Positions 27,504-34,652 of a stretch of 34,652 bases of DNA are shown one piece after another (position 1 is the first letter of the stretch; each line of letters starts with the position of its first letter). The notes beneath the pieces were generated by a model. That model was given only the letters and a program-made list of their open reading frames with translations. It did not search any database and was not told where the DNA came from. Source of the stretch: an uncultured Planctomycetia bacterium (GTDB taxonomy: Bacteria > Planctomycetota > MHYJ01 > CAYXQY01). The translations under genes and the position numbers were made by a program. The stretch lies in the NCBI GenBank assembly GCA_964606115.1, contig CAZSFH010000003.1:1-34652 (forward strand), written 5' to 3'.

Positions 27504-28325
27504 TTACGTAATTTTAACGTCCCGGAGTTCCTCAATCTCTTCTTTTGTGCGAAGGGATTTCAATCCTTCATACACCGCCTTTACACAGTTGATCGGATTC
27601 GTGCTTCCGTAGATCTTGGTCAGCAGATCCGTAATCCCGGCAAGGTTGACCGTGGTGCGAACCGGGAGGGACGCAATGACCCCCGTACCGGGACTCGCGG
27701 GGCGGAGAAGCAATTCCGTGGAACAGTACTCGAGCTCGACCCGGTGCGGAATCGTTCCGTGAACAATCGGAACCTCAATCATCCGATCCCGTGATTCCTG
27801 AATGGCTTTCTGAATTGCCTGTGGAACCTGATTCGCCTTCCCGAAGCCGTATGAAATCTTTCCGTTTCGATTTCCGGCGACCACGAGGGCACTGAAGGAA
27901 AATTTCTTTCCTCCCTGTACCACCTTGCAGCAACGGTTTACGTGTACGACGGACTCCTCAAATTCACCCTCCCCGTCATGCTGCTGGTCAGGGGCCTCTT
28001 CCTGTTGCCGGTCCGTAACCTCGGGAGGTGCCTCCTCATCATCTTGTTCCTGATCCTCGTGATCGTCACCATGATCCTGGGCCTCCGGTTCCTCCTCTTC
28101 CTCGTCACCGCCTTTCTCCTCTCGTTCGTCGTCGTGGTCGGACTCGCTTTCCTCTGCGGAGGCTTGCTCATTCGGTTCGGCATCCTCACTCGCCGAGGTC
28201 TCCGTTTCCTCCTTCTTGTCCGCCTCTTCCTCAGGAATCTGTGACCCTTGCTCCTCCTGAGCCGCCTGTGGTGTTTCGTCGTCCTGCTGCTGTTTTTGTT
28301 CTTGTTCCTGTTCCTCGTCTGACAT
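27504..28325 (-). CDS. rpsE: 30S ribosomal protein S5 with a roughly 110-aa polyacidic N-terminal extension
   Basis: The core from residue 125 or so (SVVHVNRCCKVVQGGKKFSFSALVVAGNRNGKISYGFGKANQVPQAIQKA...YGSTNPINCVKA) aligns with S5. The only in-frame ATG/GTG/TTG upstream of the core is the ATG at 28325, 23 nt after the L18 stop. Confidence 0.93.
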   Translation of the reverse strand: MSDEEQEQEQKQQQDDETPQAAQEEQGSQIPEEEADKKEETETSASEDAEPNEQASAEESESDHDDEREEKGGDEEEEEPEAQDHGDDHEDQEQDDEEAPPEVTDRQQEEAPDQQHDGEGEFEESVVHVNRCCKVVQGGKKFSFSALVVAGNRNGKISYGFGKANQVPQAIQKAIQESRDRMIEVPIVHGTIPHRVELEYCSTELLLRPASPGTGVIASLPVRTTVNLAGITDLLTKIYGSTNPINCVKAVYEGLKSLRTKEEIEELRDVKIT

Positions 28326-28348
28326 CGTTCTTGATGAAGAATAAGAAA

Positions 28349-28720
28349 TTAAAAGTCCAGACCGGCGTCCCGGGCGGCTTCGGCGAGGGCCTTCACGCGA
28401 CCGTGGTAATCATAAGGACCGATATCGAATGCAACTTTCTCAATTCCTTCTTCCAGTGCGCGTTCAGCAAGCTTTTCCCCCACCTTCGCCGCCGCTTCTT
28501 TGTTTCCACCGTATTTAATATCATCCTGAAGCTCCCCGTCGTTCGAGGAAGCGGCCACGATGGTCTCCTGCTGAAGATCGTCAATCACCTGACAGTAAAT
28601 ATGTTTCAAACTCCGATACACACTGAGACGTGGACGTTCCGGCGTACCGAAGATCTTTTTTCGGCGCCGCCGCTTTCGTCGCTGTCGCTTGTTCTTTTTT
28701 TCTTTCTGATGATCAACCAT
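28349..28720 (-). CDS. rplR: 50S ribosomal protein L18
   Basis: The sequence is [20 protein letters not shown]...[48 protein letters not shown]. Confidence 0.96.
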   Translation of the reverse strand: MVDHQKEKKNKRQRRKRRRRKKIFGTPERPRLSVYRSLKHIYCQVIDDLQQETIVAASSNDGELQDDIKYGGNKEAAAKVGEKLAERALEEGIEKVAFDIGPYDYHGRVKALAEAARDAGLDF

Positions 28721-28726
28721 AACGCC

Positions 28727-29278
28727 TTACACACCGGAAACGAATTTCTTTCCTTCTTTCGACCGAACCTGCTCGTCGCTGTACCGAATGCCTTTCTGAT
28801 TGTACGGTTCCGGAGGCCGAATCGAACGAATTTCCGAAGCAAACTGTCCGACCTGCTGTTTGTCGGATCCCGAAACCTCTATCACCTTCTCATTGGGCAC
28901 GTCAATCGAAATCTCGTCCGGGATCATCACCTCCACGTCATTGGTGTAACCCACAGCAATGACCAGCGTGTCTCCCTGAAGCTCAGCACCGTAGCCCGTA
29001 CCGTGAATTTCCAGCCGTTTCGAGAATCCGTCACTGACCCCCTGCACCATATTTTGAAGCAGGGAACGACTTGTTCCGTGCAGCGCCTTCTGTTCCTGGG
29101 TATCACGTGTGCGCTCCACCTTGATCTGTGCCTCATCAGCGTCATAGGAAATCTTCATGTCGGAATGAAACGACTGCTGAAGGTCGCCTTCCGGGCCGGA
29201 AACGGAAACGTCGGATCCATTCACCTCCACGTCCACGTTCTCCGGTACGTCAACAGGTTGCTGTCCGATACGTGACAT
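28727..29278 (-). CDS. rplF: 50S ribosomal protein L6
   Basis: The sequence is MSRIGQQPVDVPENVDVEVNGSDVSVSGPEG...GYTNDVEV...IRSIRPPEPYNQKGIRY. The ATG is at 29278. Confidence 0.95.
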   Translation of the reverse strand: MSRIGQQPVDVPENVDVEVNGSDVSVSGPEGDLQQSFHSDMKISYDADEAQIKVERTRDTQEQKALHGTSRSLLQNMVQGVSDGFSKRLEIHGTGYGAELQGDTLVIAVGYTNDVEVMIPDEISIDVPNEKVIEVSGSDKQQVGQFASEIRSIRPPEPYNQKGIRYSDEQVRSKEGKKFVSGV

Positions 29279-29300
29279 CGTATTCGTTCGGAAATTGAAG

Positions 29301-29717
29301 TTACCAGACTTTACAGAGCAATTCTCCACCAAGGCGCAGTTTTCGACATTCACGGTCACTCATCACACCTTTTGGGGTGGACACCACCATCACCCCGAGA
29401 CCGTTCAGCACCTCCGGCATATCATCCACACCCGAGAACTTACGGCGTCCGGGCTTGCTCACACGCTCCATGTTCTTAATGACCGACTCCCCGCGATCCG
29501 TGTATTTCAGATACACACGAATCACTTTGTGTGGTTCCTTGTTCGGCCGGACCTGTTTCTCGTAGATCCGGTAATCATCAATGTATCCCTCTTCCTTCAG
29601 CACGTCCACGAGGCCTTCCTTTACGTTGCTGTACGGGATATCCGTGGCCTCTTCATTAATCTCGTTGGCGTTGCGGATACGCGTCAGCGCGTCGCTTATT
29701 GTATCTGAGATCTGCAT
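29301..29717 (-). CDS. rpsH: 30S ribosomal protein S8
   Basis: The sequence is ISDTISDALTRIRNANEINEEATDIPYSNVKEGLVDVLKEEGYI...GLGVMVVSTPKGVMSDRECRKLRLGGELLCKVW. Confidence 0.96.
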   Translation of the reverse strand: MQISDTISDALTRIRNANEINEEATDIPYSNVKEGLVDVLKEEGYIDDYRIYEKQVRPNKEPHKVIRVYLKYTDRGESVIKNMERVSKPGRRKFSGVDDMPEVLNGLGVMVVSTPKGVMSDRECRKLRLGGELLCKVW

Positions 29718-29719
29718 GG

Positions 29720-29908
29720 TTACCAGCTAGCCTTTCGAACACCGGGAATTTCACCTTTACTCGCAAGCTCGCGAAAACAGATACGACAGATATGGAACTT
29801 GCGCATATACGATCGGGCGCGACCACAGAGCTCACATCGGTTCACACCGCGCGTGCTGTACTTGTGATCGTCCTTCTTCGATTTTTCAATTAACGCTTTT
29901 CTCGGCAT
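29720..29908 (-). CDS. rpsN: 30S ribosomal protein S14, short Zn-binding type Z
   Basis: It is 61 aa and reads [46 protein letters not shown] (CxxC...CxxC). Confidence 0.95.
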   Translation of the reverse strand: MPRKALIEKSKKDDHKYSTRGVNRCELCGRARSYMRKFHICRICFRELASKGEIPGVRKASW

Positions 29909-29962
29909 AGCACTCGTCGTTCAAAATGAAATACGGAACCATATGGAACGAGGGTCGGTCGA

Positions 29963-30568
29963 TCAGATCTCCTTAAACGGCATTCCAAGCTCATCCAGCA
30001 GTGCGAGTCCGGCTTCGTCATCCTCCGCCGTGGTCGTGATACAGATATCCATGCCCTGGACGGCGTTCAGTTCGTTTACGTCGATGCCGGGAAACGTTCC
30101 CTGCTCATCAATGCCCATTGAAAAATTCCCCTGGCCATCCATCGCATCCGGATCCAGGCCACTAAAATCTTTAATCCGCGGGATCACAACCGTAATTAAT
30201 CGCTCCAGGAACGCGTACATTCGAGATCCCCGGAGTGTCACCTTCACGCCGACCGGATCCCCTTCTCGGATGTTGAAGCCGGCCACCGATTTATGAGCTT
30301 TTGTCACGACCGGCTGCTGTCCGGTTATTCGTGCCAGGTCTTCCCGGGCCCATTCAACACGGTCCCGATCCTCACTCACGTCCCCAAGACCCATGTTCAC
30401 CGTAATTTTGTCCAGTTCAGGCACCCCGAGAAGATTATCCAGCTCGAGCCGTTCCTTTAATTGGGAACGCACCTCCTCCCGGTAGGTTTCCTGAAGCTCC
30501 GGCTCAACGGCCGTGTCGCCGGTCGCCTCTTGTTCATCCGTCTGTTTTTCCTCCGTCGCTTCAGCCAT
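29963..30568 (-). CDS. rplE: 50S ribosomal protein L5 (about 25-aa acidic N-terminal extension)
   Basis: The sequence is ITVNMGLGDVSEDRDRVEWAREDLARITGQQPVVTKAHKSVAGFNIREGDPVGVKVTLRGSRMYAFLERL. Confidence 0.96.
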   Translation of the reverse strand: MAEATEEKQTDEQEATGDTAVEPELQETYREEVRSQLKERLELDNLLGVPELDKITVNMGLGDVSEDRDRVEWAREDLARITGQQPVVTKAHKSVAGFNIREGDPVGVKVTLRGSRMYAFLERLITVVIPRIKDFSGLDPDAMDGQGNFSMGIDEQGTFPGIDVNELNAVQGMDICITTTAEDDEAGLALLDELGMPFKEI

Positions 30569-30579
30569 GGTAATCGGAC

Positions 30580-30900
30580 CTATTCCACGAGATCAATAAA
30601 CTCATCACAGGACTTACAGTAGCGGGCGTTGTTTCCATAAGGAGACTCCCGCCGCCCGATACGGGTGGCCTCCCCACAATTCGGACAGATCACCTTCAGG
30701 TTACTGACATGAATCGGCATCTCTTTCTGTATAATCCCTCCTTTCGGCTGGTCTTCCGACTTTCGGAGCGTCTTGTAACGATAATTCACGTCCTCCACAA
30801 TCGCCCGGTCCTCGTCCGGAATTACTTTCCGGACAAGACCCTCACGATTCTTGTCCACGCCCGTAATCACCTTTACTTTGTCACCGGATCGAATATGCAT
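30580..30900 (-). CDS. rplX: 50S ribosomal protein L24 carrying a CxxC...CxxC motif
   Basis: The KOW motif is IRSGDKVKVITGVDKNREGLVRKV. The C-terminal part reads ICPNCGEATRIGRRESPYGNNARYCKSCDEF. Confidence 0.94.
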   Translation of the reverse strand: MHIRSGDKVKVITGVDKNREGLVRKVIPDEDRAIVEDVNYRYKTLRKSEDQPKGGIIQKEMPIHVSNLKVICPNCGEATRIGRRESPYGNNARYCKSCDEFIDLVE

Positions 30901-30902
30901 GG

Positions 30903-31268
30903 CTACACCACCTCGGACGCAAGCGAAATAATTTTCATATAATCGTCTCGCAGTTCACGAGGAACAGCACCGAAGATTCGGGTCCCGACTGGATTCCCAT
31001 CATTTCCAATGATCACCGCTGCGTTCTTGTCAAACTTCACGTAACTGCCGTCATCGCGGCGCACACCACGGGAGGTGCGAACGACCACCCCCTGTACCAC
31101 GTCACCCTGATCGACCTCCCCCCGGGGAATGCTCTTTTTAACGGCCCCAACAATCAGATCCCCGATGTTCGCGTACTGTTTCCCGCTCCCGCCGAGCACC
31201 TGTATGCATCCAATTTCCTTGGCTCCGGAATTGTCGGCGACCTCCAGTTTTGTCTCTTTCTGTATCAT
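30903..31268 (-). CDS. rplN: 50S ribosomal protein L14
   Basis: The sequence is [44 protein letters not shown]...[10 protein letters not shown]. Confidence 0.97.
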   Translation of the reverse strand: MIQKETKLEVADNSGAKEIGCIQVLGGSGKQYANIGDLIVGAVKKSIPRGEVDQGDVVQGVVVRTSRGVRRDDGSYVKFDKNAAVIIGNDGNPVGTRIFGAVPRELRDDYMKIISLASEVV

Positions 31269-31319
31269 CCTTCTTCTCCCTGCAAAAATTCACCGGTTTG
31301 CCGGTTCAACAGCTCAACC

Positions 31320-31631
31320 TCACGAAGACTCATCCGAAGACGTGTCCCCATCTTCCGATTCCTGTCCGGGCTCCCGCTTCAGGATCCGTTTGAGGCGCCA
31401 GGTTTTATTTTTTGAAAGCGGACGGGTCTCGATAATTTCAACCCGATCCCCCTCATTAGCAAGCTCCTCCTCATCGTGCACCTGAAAGTTGCTGGTCCGC
31501 TGGATGTATTTCTTGTAGCGGTCATGCTGAACCAGGCGGGACACATCAACGCTGATGGTTTTGTCCATGCGGTCGCTGGTCACAACCCCGGACAGCACCT
31601 TTCGATTTGACGTTTGATCGGACATACCCAT
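31320..31631 (-). CDS. rpsQ: 30S ribosomal protein S17 (acidic C-terminal tail)
   Basis: The sequence is KVLSGVVTSDRMDKTISVDVSRLVQHDRYKKYIQRTSNFQVHDEEELANEGDRVEIIETRPLSKNKTWRL. Confidence 0.95.
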   Translation of the reverse strand: MGMSDQTSNRKVLSGVVTSDRMDKTISVDVSRLVQHDRYKKYIQRTSNFQVHDEEELANEGDRVEIIETRPLSKNKTWRLKRILKREPGQESEDGDTSSDESS

Positions 31632-31762
31632 CTTTCCTGTAAAAATTCAAGACGAACCATTCAACGCCGGGATGGCTGTCCCCCCGTGCATCGCCAAAAA
31701 TCCACACGTCGCGATGGACGAACACCATCTCCAGACATCCATGAAATGCAATGGCAATTACC

Positions 31763-31790
31763 ATGATATGCAAACGCTGATGAATTTCAA
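31763..31790 (-). promoter_or_regulatory. putative sigma70-type promoter for the rpsQ-led ribosomal operon (TTGAAA-16 nt-TATCAT)
   Basis: The minus strand reads ggtTTGAAAttcatcagcgtttgcaTATCATggtaat, about 130 nt upstream of the rpsQ ATG. Confidence 0.35.
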
Positions 31791-31877
31791 ACCACCTTTT
31801 TAAAAGCATCTCAAATAAGTTAAGATGACGAATTGAGATTGAACCATGAATGCGTCCAGGCTGGACAATGTTTCAAC

Positions 31878-33029
31878 ATGAGCCTTCGGGAACAGCTGAA
31901 CGAAAACGAAAAAGCCACTCTTGCTCCCTGGGGAATGAAAAGCGAACATTCCCGTGGACGGGAGCACGAAGAAGACGCTCATCCGTATCGCCTTCCGTTT
32001 CAGCGGGACCGGGACCGGATTGTTCACTGTACAGCCTTTCGCCGCCTGCAGTATAAAACCCAGGTCTTTGTTATTCATGAAGGCGATTACTATCGCACTC
32101 GTCTGACGCATACCACCGAGGTCGCCCAGATTTCAAGAACGATCGCCCGAACCATCGGTCTGAACCAGGATCTGACGGAGGCGGTTTCGCTCGCTCATGA
32201 CCTCGGACACACACCGTTCGGCCACAGTGGTGAAGAAGCATTAAATAAATGTTTGAAGGAAGAGGGAGCGGGAGGGTTCCGTCACAATCGACAGTCGCTT
32301 CGGATCCTTGAGACCCTTGAGAACCGTCACCCTGACTTCAGAGGTCTGAACCTCAGCTGGGAGCTTCTGGAGTCGGTAATCAAGCACGGTTATCCCGATC
32401 ACCCTGAGCCGGATGAGAGATTTGAACCGGACCGCGCCCCGCTTCTGGAGGAGCGGGTCGTCGATGTCACCGATGCCGTGGCGTACACGAACCACGATCT
32501 GGATGACGGGTTGAAGTCGGGCATTCTCGAACGATCCAGTCTCCGGGAGGTTGGTCTCTGGAACGAAGCTGTGAATGAGATTCACGAAAAGTTTGATTCG
32601 TTTGACGAGGAACAGGAACGTTCACAGGTGGTGCGTTATCTGATTAACCAGATGGTAACGGATTTAATCGAAACAACCCGAAACCGGCTCGACGAATATC
32701 ATATATCATCCGTGGAGGACGCCCGGGACACAACCGATGATCTGGTCGTGTTTTCCAACGAGATGGAAAAGAAAATCAATGATCTTCTTTCGTTTCTTTA
32801 CGACGAGATGTATGGACATCCCCGGGTGATCCGGATGCAGGAACGGGCCAAACGTATTGTACGGAAACTGTTTAACGAATACATGCGCTGCCCTTCTCTT
32901 CTTCCGAAATCGTTTCAGCAATGGATGGACCAGGTTTCTCAGCCTCGGGCCATCGCCGATTATATCGCCGGTATGACCGATCGATACGCTATTCAGGAAC
33001 ACCAGGATTTATTCGGAGACGGCCCATGA
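31878..33029 (+). CDS. dgt: dGTPase-like deoxynucleoside triphosphate triphosphohydrolase (HD domain)
   Basis: The motifs are FQRDRDRIVHCTAFRRLQYKTQVF, YRTRLTHTTEVAQISRTIAR, LAHDLGHTPFGHSGE and DYIAGMTDRYA. The ATG at 31878 gives a typical N-terminus; the track start is 31833. Confidence 0.92.
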   Translation: MSLREQLNENEKATLAPWGMKSEHSRGREHEEDAHPYRLPFQRDRDRIVHCTAFRRLQYKTQVFVIHEGDYYRTRLTHTTEVAQISRTIARTIGLNQDLTEAVSLAHDLGHTPFGHSGEEALNKCLKEEGAGGFRHNRQSLRILETLENRHPDFRGLNLSWELLESVIKHGYPDHPEPDERFEPDRAPLLEERVVDVTDAVAYTNHDLDDGLKSGILERSSLREVGLWNEAVNEIHEKFDSFDEEQERSQVVRYLINQMVTDLIETTRNRLDEYHISSVEDARDTTDDLVVFSNEMEKKINDLLSFLYDEMYGHPRVIRMQERAKRIVRKLFNEYMRCPSLLPKSFQQWMDQVSQPRAIADYIAGMTDRYAIQEHQDLFGDGP

Positions 33030-34069
33030 GTTACCTGCGTGGACTAAATCTTCTCCGTCTGCTGTTCGTGGCCATCTGTGCGGTGATTGGCTGGAGTTTG
33101 TCCAACCTCCTCTTCAACAGTTCAGCGTTGTTATACCGTGTATTCGGGATGCTCGGAGGAGTCGGAGTGAGTCTGTTAATGCTATTTGCCGAAATCAGTT
33201 TCACCCGACGATATCTCGGCGTGGTCGGCTCCGTACTGTTCGGCATGCTCGGCGGCCTGATACTGACCGTCCTGTTTATCAAGGTGCTCTTTCTGATTCC
33301 ATTTTTTCAGAACGCCAACGAGGCAACAAAGACCATGATGCAGATTTCGGCACTGGTGATTTTCTCGTACCTGGGCACGATGATCGTCCTTCAGAGCCGA
33401 GAAAACTTCAAATTTATTATCCCGTTCGTGGAACTCACCCGCGAGCAAACAAAACGAAAACCGCTTGTTGTAGACACAAGCATAATAATAGATGGAAGAA
33501 TTATTGATATATACAAAACAGGCCTCGTTCAACAGCGGCTTATTGTCCCGAGGTTTGTGCTTGCGGAACTACACAGCCTGTCTGATTCATCGGATAAAAT
33601 GAAGCGTGCGCGCGGCCGAAGGGGACTGGAACTTCTCGAGAACATGCGAAATGATGACTCGGTAGATATCGAAATCGTGGACGTCAATATACCATATGAA
33701 GAAGGTGTGGACGACAAACTGATTCGATATGCAAAAACCGAACAGCTCAACATTCTTTCAAATGATTACAACCTCGGAAAGGTCGCCTCCGTCGAAGACG
33801 TTCAAGTGATTAATTTGAACGACCTTGCTTCAGCCCTGAAGCCTCGAGTCATCCCCGGGGACGAACTACACCTGGAAATCATGAAAGAAGGTGAAGAACC
33901 CGGCCAGGGGGTTGGTTTCCTCGAAGACGGCACGATGGTGGTGGTTGAAGGAGGACGATCGCATATCGGATCCGAAATCGACGTGGAAGTCACCAGCTCC
34001 ATCGAAACCAACGCCGGACGTATGATTTTCGCCGAACCAAGGGAGGACGGAAATGGATCCGAATCCTGA
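33026..34069 (+). CDS. membrane-anchored PIN and TRAM domain protein (YacL-like)
   Basis: It has four N-terminal hydrophobic segments. The PIN region is KPLVVDTSIIIDGRI...VPRFVLAELHSLSD...DDKLIRYAKTEQLNILSNDYNL. The TRAM region is GDELHLEIMKEGEEPGQGVGFLEDGTMVVVEGG...IDVEVTSSIETNAGRMIFAE. The ATG overlaps the dgt stop in an ATGA. Confidence 0.88.
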   Translation: MSYLRGLNLLRLLFVAICAVIGWSLSNLLFNSSALLYRVFGMLGGVGVSLLMLFAEISFTRRYLGVVGSVLFGMLGGLILTVLFIKVLFLIPFFQNANEATKTMMQISALVIFSYLGTMIVLQSRENFKFIIPFVELTREQTKRKPLVVDTSIIIDGRIIDIYKTGLVQQRLIVPRFVLAELHSLSDSSDKMKRARGRRGLELLENMRNDDSVDIEIVDVNIPYEEGVDDKLIRYAKTEQLNILSNDYNLGKVASVEDVQVINLNDLASALKPRVIPGDELHLEIMKEGEEPGQGVGFLEDGTMVVVEGGRSHIGSEIDVEVTSSIETNAGRMIFAEPREDGNGSES

Positions 34070-34652
34070 CGGCCTTACTGAAGAGACCGATATGAACACA
34101 CCGGACGATAACCCGTCCACGCAGAAAGAGCAGGCCCGGACACTCCAGGAAGAAAAAAGTGAAATTCGGGATGAAATGCATGAACCCGCCATCCCGCTCA
34201 ACCTACACCCCCTCAAAGAATACCTCCGGGCCCTCACCGACCCGTATACTTACACTTTTTATCGGAACATTCATTGCCTGTTCGGGTTTCTATGGGGAAT
34301 TCCCGTTCCCATTCTCGCCGTCTACCTCAGCTACGTACACATCGCTGAACCGGGAACCAGCTTTTCTCTCCCGCTGCTGATAGACCTGCTCACAAGTAAC
34401 CCGATCCATTACCTTTTTCTGACCTGCCCTATCATTTCCGGGATCATTTTCGGGGCCATGGGAACCATCCGAAAAGAGAAATCGGAACGAATCGAAAACT
34501 ACATGGACCGGCTCGAACAAATGACCCTCACCGACTACCTGACCGGTCTCTACAACCACCGCTACATCTGGATGCGGCTGACCGAGGAACTTGAACAGGC
34601 TCGAAGAAATGAATCAAAATTGTCCGTGTTGATGTGTGACCTGGATGGCTTC
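34053..34652 (+). CDS. membrane GGDEF-domain diguanylate cyclase; the 3' end runs off the window and it is absent from the ORF track
   Basis: Hand translation from the ATG at 34053 gives 200 codons with no stop: MDPNPDG...FGFLWGIPVPILAVYL...LFLTCPIISGIIFGAMG...LTDYLTGLYNHRYIWMRLTEELEQARRNESKLSVLMCDLDGF. This is the start of a GGDEF domain. The gene overlaps the PIN/TRAM gene by 17 nt. Confidence 0.8.
   Translation, partial: MDPNPDGLTEETDMNTPDDNPSTQKEQARTLQEEKSEIRDEMHEPAIPLNLHPLKEYLRALTDPYTYTFYRNIHCLFGFLWGIPVPILAVYLSYVHIAEPGTSFSLPLLIDLLTSNPIHYLFLTCPIISGIIFGAMGTIRKEKSERIENYMDRLEQMTLTDYLTGLYNHRYIWMRLTEELEQARRNESKLSVLMCDLDGF

Noticed and set aside
28028-29275. A 415-aa plus-strand ORF running antisense across rpsE (N-terminal part), rplR and rplF.
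   Set aside because: Over L18 and L6 it is the codon-aligned antisense frame, where stops arise only from sense TTA/CTA/TCA codons, and these are rare here. Over the S5 extension it runs through GAA/GAG/GAC repeats, whose complement has no stops. The translation is low-complexity (Pro/Arg/Leu-rich) with no motif. The sense-strand genes are unambiguous ribosomal proteins.
31546-32111. Minus-strand ORFs of 87 aa and 103 aa upstream of rpsQ, considered as a possible L29 or another missing ribosomal gene.
   Set aside because: They show no similarity to L29 (no helical KELRELS-type sequence). One overlaps the start of rpsQ and the other overlaps the conserved N-terminus of dgt. The region is better explained as a divergent promoter region.
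31878-34069. The dgt-like hydrolase and the PIN protein as an anti-phage dNTP-depletion system or a toxin-antitoxin module.
   Set aside because: The dgt protein looks like the ordinary housekeeping dGTPase-like family. The PIN protein is the membrane-anchored PIN+TRAM (YacL) type with no small antitoxin partner. The neighbourhood is core genes with no other defence or mobile genes.
1-34652. A search by eye for tRNA/rRNA/tmRNA genes, CRISPR repeats, inverted-repeat-flanked transposases, integrases and phage genes.
   Set aside because: None was seen. All intergenic regions over 150 nt (1449-1786, 6984-7160, 12036-12267, 14205-14366, 17865-18165, 19132-19343, 22942-23228, 31632-31877) lack T-loop-like GGTTCGA motifs and lack regularly spaced repeats. 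A covariance-model scan is still advisable.

Overview
This is a 34.6 kb chromosomal segment with almost no non-coding space. I found no rRNA, tRNA, CRISPR array, IS element, integrase or prophage signature by eye. It probably comes from a PVC-superphylum bacterium (Planctomycetota or Verrucomicrobiota-like), judging from the PVC-type CxxCH heme-binding/NPCBM protein at the left edge, the scarcity of Shine-Dalgarno sequences and a very acidic proteome. That assignment is an inference.

Gene content, left to right:
- 3-1448: a 5'-truncated c-type cytochrome fusion protein.
- 1787-6443 (+): an Mla/MCE-type ABC transporter operon with a permease, an ATPase, two different MCE proteins and a PqiC-like lipoprotein.
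- 6567-12035 (-): the prkA-yeaH-spoVR triad plus an orphan 138-aa gene.
- 12268-14204 (-): RNase HII, a degenerate SDR-like protein and a cupin.
- 14367-17864 (-): a tight unit of an unknown 224-aa protein, a sucrase/ferredoxin-like (Apd1-type) protein and a GAF-HD-GYP phosphodiesterase, sitting just downstream of ferritin.
- 18166-20315: an aldo/keto reductase and a secreted hypothetical protein.
- 20345-31631 (-): a long ribosomal cluster in the order rpsQ-rplN-rplX-rplE-rpsN-rpsH-rplF-rplR-rpsE-rplO-secY-adk-map-infA-rpmJ-rpsM-rpsK-rpsD-rpoA-rplQ.
- 31878-34652 (+): overlapping dgt-like HD hydrolase, membrane PIN/TRAM protein and a 3'-truncated GGDEF cyclase.

Two genes are missing from the ORF track and were found by hand: rpmJ (23713-23826) and the open-ended GGDEF gene (34053-34652).

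There is no obvious defence island or mobile island. The best candidates for something undescribed are:
- the Fe-S protein/HD-GYP coupled module;
- the dgt/PIN-TRAM/GGDEF overlapping trio;
- lineage-specific ribosomal protein oddities: a roughly 110-aa polyacidic N-terminal extension on S5, a four-Cys L24, and a 287-nt ATG-free spacer between rpsM and rpsK.

All functional calls rest on motif recognition by eye. No searches were run.
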